A stretch of 63,999 nucleotides of DNA, the filler included, from Asterionella formosa (Eukaryota): assembly GCA_002256025.1 (NCBI GenBank). It is 13 parts of 13 records of this genome, joined end to end, with 100 filler letters (N's around TTAATTAATTAA, not from the genome) between each part and the next. Parts side by side here need not be neighbours in the genome. Positions count along the whole stretch, not along the records: positions 1 to 23,528 come from NKIB01002442.1; 12 more parts are not named here. One strand, 5' to 3'. How positions within the stretch are numbered: position 1 is the first letter of the stretch; each line of letters begins with the position of its first letter. This document shows, one piece after another, positions 10,801 to 23,628 of this stretch. Below the pieces are notes generated by a model. That model was not told where the DNA came from, did not search any database, and saw nothing but the letters and a program-made list of their open reading frames with translations. The translations under genes were made by a program, and so were the position numbers.

Positions 10801-13800
10801 TCCAAATCGCGTTGGGCCTCTTCCTTTCGAGCATTAATCTTGACTTGTTGTTTCTCGACTTCAACGCTCATTTTCTCAGCTTCTTCCTTCCTCTTTTCAG
10901 CTATGTTTTGATCTGCAACCATCTGCTGGAGCTTTGTGTTCGCAAGAGTCTCTTTCTCGCGAAGTTCTGCCGTTTTGGCTCCAAGGGCTCCCTTGAGTTC
11001 GGCTACGTTTTCTTGCGTTTGTTTTAGTTTCGCTAAGCCGGCATTGACATGCAGTTGCTGATCTTCGACTTCCTCGCGTCTCGTATTGAGGCAAGCTACA
11101 AAATTCTGGATGAGGGCCAGGTAATCGCGTGGCGATAAATACGTTCGACAGGCGCTGCTTTGAGTTGCGCCAACATCATTTGCAGTCGTCTTGGTAACTT
11201 GGTGAAGCTCAACTAGAGCAGCGACGACAGCTTGATGCAAGCCTCCACCTGCAACACTTTCAAAAGCATCACCAACGCGAGACATGAGCTGTTCCCCTTC
11301 ACCGATACCCCATGATCCCCCGACAGCTTCAGCATCACCCATGTCAAGCTTTAAAGTGAATTCCCTTCCAACCTCTCCCATAGCCTTTGCACTCCAAGTT
11401 CCAAACCAATCAACAACGCAACGGTTGAAAAGAGCAGGACTGGTGGTGGATCGATTTTTCCACTCACCGCCCGATGGATTCATGGTAAATACAACATGAA
11501 GGTTGCGCTGTACTATGCCAGTAAAGCGACGCCACAACTCTTCCTCGCTGCCTAGAATAATTCCATCACGAGAAGCACTTTCTCGGCATGCACTCATCAA
11601 AGCATTGTACTCATCACCTTCAAATAAACCGGGCACTTCCCCGCTTGCGAGCAAAGCATTCATTGCTTCTAAGAAACCAGAGCCAAGCACATTGCCTTCG
11701 TCGAAAATAAAGCAAACTTTCTCGCCATCAATACCCACTCGACGCATGACAGTCCTCAAATCTTCGTTGAAATCCTCTAAACTGTAACGGGAGTGAGCCT
11801 TGATCTGAAAAATGCTAAGGCCATTCATCCAGCTCACAAATTTACTTAAAACAGTTTTGCCCGCACCGCTATCACCGACGAGGAGGCAGTGCCCCATTGG
11901 CTGCCTTAACACTCTGTCGATGCGCAAGATATGGTCCAGGACTTCATCGAAAACTACCAAAGGAACATCGAGCTCTTCCTCATAAAATACTCTCAGACGA
12001 GCGGCGAGAAACTTTTTTAAGTCATCGCGCTCGACCCTTTTTGTTTCTTTACTCATCCATGAAGTGTAGAATAGAGGGCGTTGGAGAGCAATATCAAAGT
12101 CACAACCTGCAAAGTGCTTTCTTGCAATGCTATCGAGAGTGCCTTCGCACCACTTACGGTCATCCGCTTCAACAAGTCTATCATTAAATAGTCGCAACGC
12201 TTCATGGGCCCAAATGCGCACAAACTCCTCCCGAGTTAGACCCTGGTCGAGGTTTACAACTGCCTCATACATACCTCTGACCCATCGACTTAACTCTCGT
12301 GGCGAGTAGAAATATTGCGGTTGCATTGTCGGCTTGAATCTTTTCTGGTTTTCAAGGTACATCTCAACCATTGCTTCAGTGAGAGCATCAGTCTCGCCTT
12401 TGAGGTTGGGAAACAACTTCATCATTCCACCATTGAAAGTGCGATAGATCTGCAACAAGGAGTCTTTAGCAGGGAAATCAACCAACAAAAGAGGGACGTG
12501 ACGAAGGAACCGATGCGACATAGAGACTCGACCAGCATCAGTTGGTGGGTTGCACGCACCCACAAACTGAATACGATTGATTTTAATCCACGTATTATCC
12601 TCCCGCCAGAACCCTCCTTGTTCTATAAGCTGCCGCATGAACATAATCACTCTCTGTGTTCCATAACTGTCTTCTTCAGGAAGATTGATCTCATCACAGA
12701 AAACCACAAGCCAACTTTCAGCTCCTAGATTATCAGCTGGCTGCAGAACGATGTCTTTACCCTTTCGAACATACGTGCAGTATTGAGCAAAGGTTTTCAG
12801 AATAATCTCTGGTGTAGTGCGACTGGAAAAATTTAGGCTGGCCAAAACAACACCTTGAACAGATTGCAGTACACTAGTCAGAGTCATTGTCTTTCCTGAG
12901 CCAGGAGGGCCACAGAGGATAAGTGGTCTTCTGCTATTCAACCAGGCTCCCAGTACATCTGAGTGCCGCACTGTGTCCGTAGTCGTTATAACAACATCAG
13001 TTGCGGAGACGCGATGACTCTCGATGTCCATTCTAGGAACACTGTCACTCCAGAGCTCATATTCTCCGTTATCAACACGAACTCTATAGTCAGAGACAGT
13101 CCCCTCACCTTCGGGCAGTACAATGCCACTTGTTCGCAGTAGCATTTCTCCAAACAACCTTCGCACCTCCCAGGATGCACTGCCAGCGAACGCCCACATG
13201 AGCGAATGGAGCAGCCATCGCTTCGCGAATTTCTCCATATGTTCACCTATCATTGGAAAGTCGGGATGGTTCTCGTCGTATTCTATCGCCTGCGTCATAC
13301 CCTGCACCAGAAGTGCTTCGAGCGTTTGCAAAAGACGATCGCGGGAGGGCGGCATGACATGGGGCTGAGTCAGCGTAAATTCGAGAGAATCAATTACCAG
13401 TGACGAAGTTCGGCCCGAGATTATAAGTGGCTTGATTGAAGCCAAAAAATGGGTCTGGGCAGCGGGCGCTTCGTCCCCAGTACTGCGATCACCTAAGAAG
13501 TCAGCCTTTCGGAGCTTTTCGACCAAATGCTCCAGGCACATTTCAGTTGTCACCGTATCGACGCTGAACCATACCATGCCACACCGAGAGACAGTAGCTG
13601 GAGTTGCATGCTGGAGACTATCAACTTCAAGAATGATTCTCACGTTGTTAGGTATTGCCAGACGCTCGCCGCTAGGAAGAGTCAAAAGTTTGTTGTCATC
13701 CAGAACGCTACAAAGATACAATGCGTGAGAAAGATTTCAAAATCAAGATCCAACATAGACAAAATACATACCTGTTCAAGTTCTCCGCCCACTCGGGATC

Positions 13801-16800
13801 GACGTCTCCGTCGAAAACAATCCAGTGACGTCGATCAGATTCGCCTTTTTGGTTATCAAGTATTGTTCGCAGCAGACTGGTGAAAACACCATCAGTCCAT
13901 TCCATGGTTGTTCCATCGAGTGTTCCATAGAGACTATCTTTATTCATAGCCTTGGGGTCGATTACATAGGTTTCACCTTTCGTTCCGTCCACTTTTTCCA
14001 TAGCCTTCAACAACGTGTGAATGGCAGCGGACTTAAGGAAAAACAAAAATGAAATGAGAAAACAGCAACTATCACAGTTCAAACCCAAACCGACACAATT
14101 CACACATACCTTGCCACCCCCGACGGGCCCAACAAGCATCACACCATGGCGCATCCCAGAAACTTGGTTAAGTTGAAGAATCTTTTGGACAAAACTTTCA
14201 TCAGCTACGAAACTCTTTTCCTTACATATTTCTAGAATCTCAGCTCGAAGACTTTCGTCTTCCATTCTAGCCACCTCTGAACCAGGAAACGTTTCTTTCA
14301 GCACTTCGTCGAAAACGATCAAATCTTCCGCAATGAGCTTCGGCACGACATTGTTACAGGCACCTCGAATCAATACATCTTTCTCCACCAGAGCCAACAT
14401 TTCTCCTTCCACAGGTTCCTTTCCTTCTAGTGCCCCCCGTTTTAACGCACCCACACTAACAAGGAGAGTCTTGAGTGCACGTAAACCAAAATCATAGTGA
14501 CTCTGTTTGGACATTCTAGACTGGCACTTCTGGAAAAGATCAACAACCAGCCCCGATAATTGTTCAGCCGTCACAATGCCTTGACTGTAAAACATCACCT
14601 GTGCGATCAGTTTTCTGTCAGGCACGACCATCGCAACCGATCTGAACAAAGTCTTAAGGTTATCTGGAAGATTGCTACGGCCTGCATAACCAGGATTCAT
14701 CGTGACGAAGATACCTACGTTTTCGTGGAGTCGCACGGATCGACCGAGCAACTCAATATTGCTTTGGCGTTCAATGAGCCCTCGCTGGATGGTCAAAATC
14801 TGTTGACTCACTGCGCTTAGGATTCGCTCTTCGAGTCGGTTGAATTCGTCGAAACAACCCCAAGCTCCGACTTGGCAAAGGCCACAAAACAGTCGTCCCA
14901 TCGCCCCGAAATCAAAAGTCTCGTCACAGTTCATAACAAAGACAAATCGGCCGAGCTGTGCACCGAGTGCCTTAACACTTTCTGTCTTTCCCGTACCAGC
15001 GGGGCCAAAAGGGTTTCCACCCATCCTAAAATGCAGCGCCTGAGTCAGTGTTAGATAGCACCGATCCGTCAATGGTGTTTGTACAAGGCGTTCACCAATG
15101 CCCAAATACTCGAATCCGTAATAAAACGTAGCATTCGAGAGACTGATTTGAAGCTTTTCTGTAAGTTTTTCAGCTATTGGGTTGTACGTGAATCTGAGAT
15201 GATAGAGCCACCGGAAGTCTGACGGATGCGAAACTCCCTCATCGATTAAATTTCTGGTAACGTCACGCTGATGCACGAGCTCAGTTATAAGTTGCTCGAA
15301 CTTCTTCCTTGATTCCGAAGGCAGGTCTAATAACACAGTGTGTGCCATCACCTCCAATTTTTGTTCTAATCCAGCAAGGACCGCGCTGAGGGCACCAACA
15401 CTGTCTCCCACTTCGCGAAGTGCACTATCCACTCCCATACTCCAGTTAATCGAAGTCGCAAGAATCATTACTTGAGCGGGAAACTTCGTAGCCCAATTCA
15501 CGAAAGCGTTCCTGCCCTCGCTACTTATGGTTAACACTTTCGACGACGCGTCATCAGAAACAGCTTGTTCAAGAAGCAAAGCTAGGGTAGACTGCATCCT
15601 CTCCTCAAGCATTTTTAGCCAATCCTTGACGCTCATCTGCTTCTTGACGTCAATCGGTTGACTAAAAGGCACAACTTCACCATCCTTGCTAACCATGGCA
15701 TCAAGTCTGGCAATAACATCTTCTGGAAGCTCGTTCTCGGTATTGTTTCGAGCCCCGGCAATACCAGCAAACATTTTCGCAACGTGTCCAAGAACCTTTC
15801 CGGGTTCACCGGAGTTTCCAATGATCTCCAGCAGGTCATCATCGCCAAGGAAATAAAAACGACTGAAATCGCTTCTCTGCTTCTCCAGATACTCTCCTAA
15901 GGCACGCTGAATCACACTCATTAGATTTCCAAGCCTTTCAAGTGTTCGTTGCAGGTTTTCAACGTTTAATGCCTCCATGGCAAATGGCCGATTTCCAATT
16001 CGTCTCATGAGTGTCACAAATTCAGAATCAACACTTTTAAACCGCGACCATTCAGCAGGCAGTTGGGCCTTAATATCTGAGCTTCCAAACAGAATGGATT
16101 CCAGGTAAACCCACCTACGCTGAACATCAACCCAAGCATCGAAGGCAGCACGAAGCTTTGTCAGTCGATCTTCCCATAGATTCCCTTCCTCTTGGAATTC
16201 CCTGACGGATCGATAGTAGGGAGAGCTCTTCATCAAAACGAGGCCGCCCATATGATCGTCGAGGGTTGCAAAAAGATCATCCCATCCTCGAATCAATCTG
16301 ACTCTGTTTTGGTAAAGGACAAGTTCAAGTTCTTGTTTCATCCAACGATCTCGGACTTGCGCCAGGAAGACTTCAAGAGCCATTTCGCCCTGAGCTACAG
16401 TAAGTATTTCGGTAATCTCTTTCTTCCTATTCAGCACACCATGGTCCCACAATAATCCCACAGTGAGTTCCGAAAAGGAAAAATGGACACCAAGCCGCTG
16501 GAGAATCATTTTCCAATGTCGCTCTTTGAGAGCTTCTGTTTTTAAATCAGAAAGTATACTTTGTCCGCTAATATAACCCTTTACTGCATCATGCAGGTGT
16601 GTGAAGGCATCATATTGACGAATACGGTTGGGAAGGGACCTCATCTCGGCAAGGAGGTCGTCGAGGGCACGCCGGACCTTTCTCATAACAGCAGATGCCC
16701 AAGTTGTCTCCTTAATTTGATCGAGAGTTGCATGCGGTTTCATGACAGCTTTCCATACCTCCTTTAACTCCTCAAGCTCGTCAAGACACTCAGAAATAGA

Positions 16801-19800
16801 GTTACCGTCAACAGAATGCTCAATACTCAAAGCATCCTTGGCTTTGAGTAGATTCTCATGATCAAGATTTGCTTTCTTCATCTCGAAGCCAAACGTCGTA
16901 AGCAGCTCAACCGCGTCGACTGGCTTCATATTTCCACGGAGCGGCTTGTCTTGTTCCCACTTGCGTTGCAACACGACAACTCGTTTCGAGCAGGCTTTAT
17001 CTTCGGCAATAACGCGAGCCTGCAAAATCGGCATCTGCTGTCCCATCGTTCTGCCACGGCGATCAAGTATCTGTTCCATGTTTTCAAGCTGCCCAAGTAA
17101 TACACTAGTTTCCGTCCAATCTCCGCGAAAATGATGACGCTGTTGCTTCAGCAGTTTTTCGGATGCTATCAACTTCTCTACATCCTTGGTCCAAGGAGCT
17201 TGTTTTTGTTTTACTTCCTGAATAAAAGTGACCCCCAAAACGATATCATTTGTGTTCGAGGAACTTTCAAGGGAAACAGCCTCGAGTTTCGTCTTCGCAT
17301 CGGTAATCTTGTCATGCATATCAATGATATGTCGGGACAAGACCGATGCAAACGATAACTGTAGCTCCTTCTGCCATGAATCATACTTGAGGTTTATCTG
17401 GGATTGGACCTTATCGTACTTCACCGTAACTGGTCCAAACTCAGCGATTGTTGCAGATGAGTCCAACGTGGACCTTGCATAAGTTGCATCAATAAGTAAC
17501 GACTGCCATACATCGATATCATCTCCGACAGATGTGGACACATCGGATACCCGTGTGTCCCATAAAGTCTGATAAGAAAGCCACTGGTTAACAAAAACGT
17601 TCAAATTTTGAGTGTGCTGCTCCAACGTGGCATACGCGCTCGAGATTGTTTCGTTCTTGACAACATGAATCAAATTTTTGAATGTGTCCACTACTACTTC
17701 GTCGTCCGTTGTTTTGCCGGTTCTGTTGTCAAATACCTCAAAACGACCACTTCTAGGGCGAGGAAGTTGGCAAACCACTCCGATGAAGTCATGCAATGAC
17801 TTGAGAAGAAGCGATCGAACGATTGGCACGGCAGGGACTGCAGATATCTCTTGATTTCTCAGAAGGATCTCAACAAGAATAGGAGGAACATGGATTTTTG
17901 GGAGTGGAGGGGCAGCGCCAACGCCAAAGTCTGAGTCTTGGATTTGTTCTCTCCCCTCCTTTTCATCATCCATTTTATAGGTTAGGCACCAAGATTGAAG
18001 TGCTATTTCCAAGCGGTTGGCTAGGACCAACCCCATTCGATCGTCCACAACAGCCACCCATGACGCAAGATCAGCGTATCCGCTAAGCGACATTTCATCG
18101 ATTGCTTTCTGAATACTTCCCAAAATGCCCTCGAATTTCGCGGCATCGAAGTCGACGCGCTCTAGCAAGTTCAATGCAATATGGACCTTATCGCAGGCAC
18201 GGAGCAATTGCTCCACGCGCTCTTCAAACTTGGTCACTAAATCTGTCAGTGAGGCTACCCAGGTGACCATCTCCTTTGTATCCCAGCGTACGCGCCGCTT
18301 CTTTGCAATCGTGGTTGACTTGTCCAACTTCACGTCGAACGATTCAGAAATGCACTCTCGAATCGCCAATAGTTGTGGCATGACAAGCGGCTCGAGTTCC
18401 GGGGAAATCAGCGCTCGCACAGCTGCATATGACCTAAGAGCAGTTTTCAACGCAATAGCATGAGGGTATCTCGCCATCGCTTCGTCCGAGATCAACATCA
18501 ATGTTCTCGGGATATCACGCTCGTATCCTAACCATTTTAAGTGTCGGATTTCCCTGAAAAGCAGTTCCTGTTTCTCTTCGAAGTTAACCTTTGCAACAAG
18601 CGTACCCTGCCGACCTTCAGATTCGATTGTAATTGGGTAAGATTGAAGACGAGCATTCGCAGAAGTCAACTCCTTTTCCCACTCAGAGACCCAAGTCCGA
18701 AAATATGCCCTTGCATCAAGCTTACTAAGCAGCTCGTCACCACTGCGTCGCAGCTGTCGACCTTCCAATTGCTGACCCCAGTTCGGACCGAGAACATCAC
18801 CCATGCGCTGCATTAAAGTATGAACCTGGCGCTCCATCTGCTTCGCCCACAGAATCTTACCAGCAACTGGAGGGATTCCTCGAAGGCGGGAAATTCGAGC
18901 TGCAGGACTGGCTTCGTACTTGAGGGTAAACTTTGATTGCAATTGTTCTACTGCCTGTGTGACAGTTGCAATAAGTTGTATCTGGAATTCCTTGACAGCA
19001 GCTCGGACACGCGTTCGTGTCAACAAAGGATTGAAGCGGGCAAACACGCGGAACATATCTTCTGCATCTTTGCAGGAAGTCAACTTGTCACGAAGCAACT
19101 TCGCCAAACGTTCCTCCAATGCATCCATTTGGTGCTCATACTGTTCCAGAGCTTGTTCAAGGGCTGCAGAACCTCCAGGAGATAGATCCAGTACATCTAA
19201 AGAAGCAAAGATGTTGCGTGGGGCTGACTCGACTTCACGGATTGCAGAGCCATCTTCTTCTTCTAAAACTTCCTTCAAAACGACACGTAGCTTTTCATGA
19301 GACTGGCGGAATTCATGCAGAATATCCAGACGGTCTTTCAAAGTAGAGTGATAGAGGTTTAGACCATTTATGACCTGCAACGGTGTCTTCCCCGAAGCAA
19401 TACGTCGACGACGTCCTTGTTCGAGGAAAAATTCCTTGAACTCATCAAAGCGATCATCAAACTGAACAAAGACATCTTGCGATGGATAGCGAATAGAGGA
19501 TTCATACTCTCCATACTCCAAAAAGAGTATGTTTGGACCATCCTTTAGTACTCCTAGGATTCGACGCCTCAAAGTCAAGGTAGTCGCTTCCATCAACTTG
19601 GCACACCGCTCCAAATCATAGTACCGCGACGAACGAATCTTTGGCAAATGATCAAAGACAGCATTCACAGCAATCGACATCTTGTCCCAATCACGTGCCG
19701 CTTCCAACTGAGTAGCAGGATACTGACGTAGATAGTGAGCAATGTCTTGGGTATGTGAGAGAGCTTGCTCGAGGCCGGTGTTGTTGTCTAACGCAATTGT

Positions 19801-20775
19801 AGCCAGAAAACGTTTCGCTGCTTTCAACAAGTTCAGTGTTAGCTCAACATCCGGCCTTTTGAGCTCATTCGGGATACCTTTCAGTGACTCTTCAAGCTGC
19901 AACCAAAAGCTAACTTCCTCTAAGTCCGCTGCGTTGGAACTGTCAACAGAGGGAAAGGCAGTCGTTGTCGGCAAAACAGTTACCTTGCGAATCTGTACAA
20001 TCCACTGGCTCACTCCCGACTGGATTTCGTTCAAGAAGTTATCGTCATGGACCTTTTCACCCAAACCAAGGCCTTCCAGGTCGTTCAATGCTTTTCCAAG
20101 TTTTTCGGCTTCTTTGGCGGCCTTTTCAATGATAGGGTTGACCACCAAACGGACCTGAGGGATTTTACTCAACGCACTTCGTCGACACTGACCAAGGGCG
20201 ACATCAAGTTCACGGAGTTTATCCTCCAGCCCTACCAACAAACGACTTGAAGTTTCTTCTTCCTCTGTTGATAGAGACTGAACAGCAGGGACAAAACAAT
20301 GACGAGCAAACAACTGCAATGCTTCCAACGTAGAACCTGTTCCAGACACTCCCTGCTGAGCAGCGTTGTCCTCCTCAACATCGTCTTTCTTCTCCTCGTC
20401 CGGATAGGTTCGGGGCTGCAATGTCATGCATTGAAGCTGCTGACCTGACGAAGAGTGAAGAAATGCCAGCGCTCCAAGCGAATTACCTTCCAAACTACTT
20501 GTCGACGCTTTGGCAACTTCATCGTTGCGGCTAACCCACACGAACAACCTAGGGGCTAATTCAGTATCGCCTTCCGCCAAGAACGCATCGATCGCCTTCA
20601 GCCCTTCCTCCTCTGTTACAACTGCATCCAAATGGAGCTCACATGCCAACCTGGGTTCAATACCATTTTCGAAGCACAGTCAAATAAGATCATGGAGACG
20701 TGATGGAATCTAACGTTCAAGGTAAACTTACCGGATGTAGTCCTTCGGGGACTGCTGACGGCGATCCTTGCCCAT
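7887..20775 (-). CDS. DYNC1H1: Cytoplasmic dynein 1 heavy chain, about 4221 aa; exons 20775-20732, 20650-14110, 14031-13772, 13707-7887
   Basis: Four P-loops: GPAGTGKT, GPVGGGK|S, GPPGSGKT, GDSGAGKT. Stalk coiled coils and a cytoplasmic-type tail (MFRVFARFNPL, KILWAKQMERQ) are present. Three GT..AG introns (81, 78, 64 nt) restore one frame. Exon 1 (MGKDRRQQSPKDYIR) is inferred from splice signals. Confidence 0.96.
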
Positions 20776-20913
20776 GCTTACCGAACTCTTTCCTTCTTGC
20801 TTTTTTCTCCTGCGGCTTCGTATCTATTGGCGGCAATGTACTTTTTGACCGCTCCACCGAAAGCACTTCTGTGCCGATGGTGTTCACTTCTCGCTCATCA
20901 CGCCAGGGTATAT

Positions 20914-21085
20914 AACCAGGTACCTGGTACCGGTACCAGAAATTCTGGCTATGTAGGCGTAGATAATATTCTTTATTAGTATATCTTCTTAGAAAATATA
21001 CAGTACTTGTACCTGGTACCAGGTACATGGTACCAGACTGAGGGTAGGAGTACCTGGTACCAGGTACCAGGTAATCAGGTACCTA
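20914..21085. repeat. Cluster of TA-CCWGG-TA / TA-CCGG-TA / TA-CAG-TA motifs upstream of the dynein gene
   Basis: Examples: accaggtacctggtaccggtaccag (20915-20939) and tacagtacttgtacctggtaccaggtacatggtacc (~20999-21034). Confidence 0.85.
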
Positions 21086-22754
21086 TGGCTGGTTGTAACC
21101 TGAAGATCAAAAGAGTACCGCTAAGATACGTAGGCCTTGCACAGATTTTCTTTTGCATTTAAATAGTAAAAAATTGTGACGCATACAAAAATGGATGCAA
21201 ATTCTTTGATATATTTATATTGCCCTCTTCTCATTTCCCCTGAAAAGGTATGTAACATTGATCTGTTGTCATCAGGCATGTTTGTTGATTTTGCTGCTTG
21301 CTTCTTGTTTGCTTCGTTGTTCTGTTGTTTGCTATTGTCATGTTACTCCTCCACTTCCTGACGATGCAACAAATCAGTATCCACTGGTCAAACCAGCTTG
21401 TCCAATGAGGTGAAATATGTTGCCAGTTGATTGTTGTTTTACGAGGTATAATTTACACACACTAACATTATTCTTTTCCTGTTTACCAAAGCTAGCAAGC
21501 CACTTTTATCGAAACTTGCACGAAGATTGCAAAGTCTCCAGGTCACAAACAATGTGGGCAATGTATCTCGCCAGCACCAACAACATATCACTCCATTGCT
21601 CCCTATCAACCTAATCAAAGCTGTCCTCCTCAATTTTTCAAGCCACAAACGTCCACATCAGCCAGTAAATTTTCGACGCATCTTGTTCCTCCTCCTGCTG
21701 GATACTGCCACAATTCTGCACCGCCAGCACCAAGAAACCTCTGCTATCAAGCTGTTGCTCCTCCAACACCTCCGCAACCACAAGTCCAAATCAATTCATA
21801 AACCAGCGTTGCCTCTTAATCCATTCAGGCATCGGTTTCTGCTCCTCCAGGCCCGATCTGAAAAATTTTGAAATTTCGTTGCAACGACAAAAAAGTGTGA
21901 GTTGACAATTGTTAATGAATATGCGTTGACAAAATTTCACACGATTTTTCTGCTGACCCATTTTCTTTTTCATTTTTTACCCTACTCCCTGCTTGTCATT
22001 TTCACGTCTTACCTTTCGATTTCCATTTCATACTTTGGTTGCTTAACAACATTGTGTCGAATTTTCGATGCTTGTTACAATCATTCTTGTGTGACTATTT
22101 TTTTCATGCATTTACCGGTACCTCGATAGCGAGATGACCAATTCGAACCAACTTTACTACAGGTGTACGAACATACTTCTGTAAGTCGACCGAATGTCCG
22201 GAGTCGTGATCGAGCATTGCTGGAGCAATAGCTCAGGTCGGCTTCTTAAGCCGAAGACGCCAGTCGAAATTATGCACATCCAGTGCCCTCTTTCTTGTCA
22301 GACGCTCGCGATTTTATGGTTATCAGGTCGCAATGATCCCATTGCGGTCCTGACGTTTCTTTGTGGTTTCTCAAACTCGTTTCTTTCTTTTTCCATCCCA
22401 CCCACCCCCCCCCTGCGAGTCCGAGTTTTCGAGCCTCAAAGGCGCGACTAGAAATTTAGCCTGCCTTTGATACTGGCGAATACTAAGCTAAAGCTTCGTT
22501 TCTCCCATACTCAGATATTGCTTTGTCTACTCTTATTAGGCAATTTCTACTAGTCTAGTACAAATTACCATACTGCTCTATACTTTTGTCCCGCGTGTAC
22601 AAGCGTGAGGATTGAAGACAATGCATGTGAATTCCCATGAATTCGGTATATTCGGTGGTCCATGCATTTTTGATGCCTCTAAACTTCTTCCCATGAAAAT
22701 TCTACTCTTGACGTTGCTCGATGGTCCCTGCTGCTCAAACCTAAAATTGACTGC

Positions 22755-22830
22755 CGAAAAATCCAATGTGCCCCATATTGCCCCTAAATAAAAAAATTAC
22801 TTAAAGAAACCAAAAATTACTTAGACACCC
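22755..22830 (-). repeat. Transposon-terminus-like repeat shared with 4008-4080
   Basis: Reverse complement GGGTGTCTAAGTAATTTT...TTATTTAGGGGCAATATGGGGCACATTG matches GGGTACTTCAAAGTAATTTT...TTATTTAAGGGCAATATGGGGCACATTG at 4008. Confidence 0.7.
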
Positions 22831-22987
22831 ACAGTTCTCATCGAAAAGCAAGACGATAGCTAGGGTCGGGATTGCTCACCTGGTATCAGTCTCACCAGGT
22901 ATCTTGATGTACCGGTATGTATTGGTATATTAGTATCATACATCACTGCAGACAACAGGCTCGCAGCACCAAGAACGACGAAGATAA

Positions 22988-23528
22988 GGGCCGTTCTTAT
23001 CATTCTGTTATTTGTTGTCATTGGTGTATCATCGCCGAAATATGATACAAAAATGGCGGTTTGGTTTTTTTTTGTGTATCACCAACGGTTTTTTTGGTCT
23101 GATCACCGGTGTATCATGGGTGTATCACTGATACAGTTTTTGGACCCCTGACCAATGCTGTATCACTGATCAAGCCGTTGATCACTGTGTATCACGTCCG
23201 TTGCCACTGATAAAATAACTGTAAATACGCAAGCACAACACTATTAAATATTGCGCCAACTATTTTTTGTTATATATATACTACGGTACTCTGTATACAT
23301 TACCTTTCAGCTTCGTGAGTCATACAAGAATCAGTAGTCCGCTCATCTCTATACCAATCTTCCGACATCGACTATATCTCGATTAATTGGCGCAATGAGC
23401 AGCAAAGTAGTGGGTACGGCTGAAACTTCTGATGCTGCCTCTATTCGCATTGATTCGGAAGAGAAGCAATGCGTTGTAGCTGATGAGGACGTCGAAGATA
23501 TTGTTGAGTTGTCTACTGCTGATCCAAC
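22988..23528 (+). mobile_element. PIF/Harbinger element end (TIR and subterminal region), cut by contig end; ORF from 23395 may be the start of its Myb-like gene
   Basis: TAA + GGGCCGTTCTTATCATTC is identical to the TIR at 40662. About 8 TGTATCA subterminal motifs follow, and 23200-23228 resembles 40866-40894. Confidence 0.8.
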
Positions 23529-23628
23529 NNNNNNNNNNNNNNNNNNNNNNNNNNNNNNNNNNNNNNNNNNNNTTAATTAATTAANNNNNNNNNNNNNNNN
23601 NNNNNNNNNNNNNNNNNNNNNNNNNNNN
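23529..23628. other. Artificial contig linker (N44-TTAATTAATTAA-N44); also starts at 25066, 48675, 50212, 51748, 53283, 54818, 56353, 57887, 59421, 60955, 62489
   Basis: Same 100-nt spacer with stops in all six frames occurs 12 times. Confidence 0.99.

Noticed and set aside
8241..20250. Many short plus-strand ORFs
   Set aside because: Antisense shadows of the dynein CDS with no recognisable motifs. The same applies to ORFs overlapping other long genes.
20717..21028. 103-aa ORF as dynein N-terminus or separate gene
   Set aside because: Out of frame with the spliced dynein exon 1 and partly made of GTAC-motif repeats.
22200..22460. Hammerhead ribozyme
   Set aside because: No CTGAnGA core on either strand.
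23573..23584. TTAATTAATTAA as a piggyBac target or biological repeat
   Set aside because: Always centred in N-runs of fixed length, so it is a six-frame stop linker.
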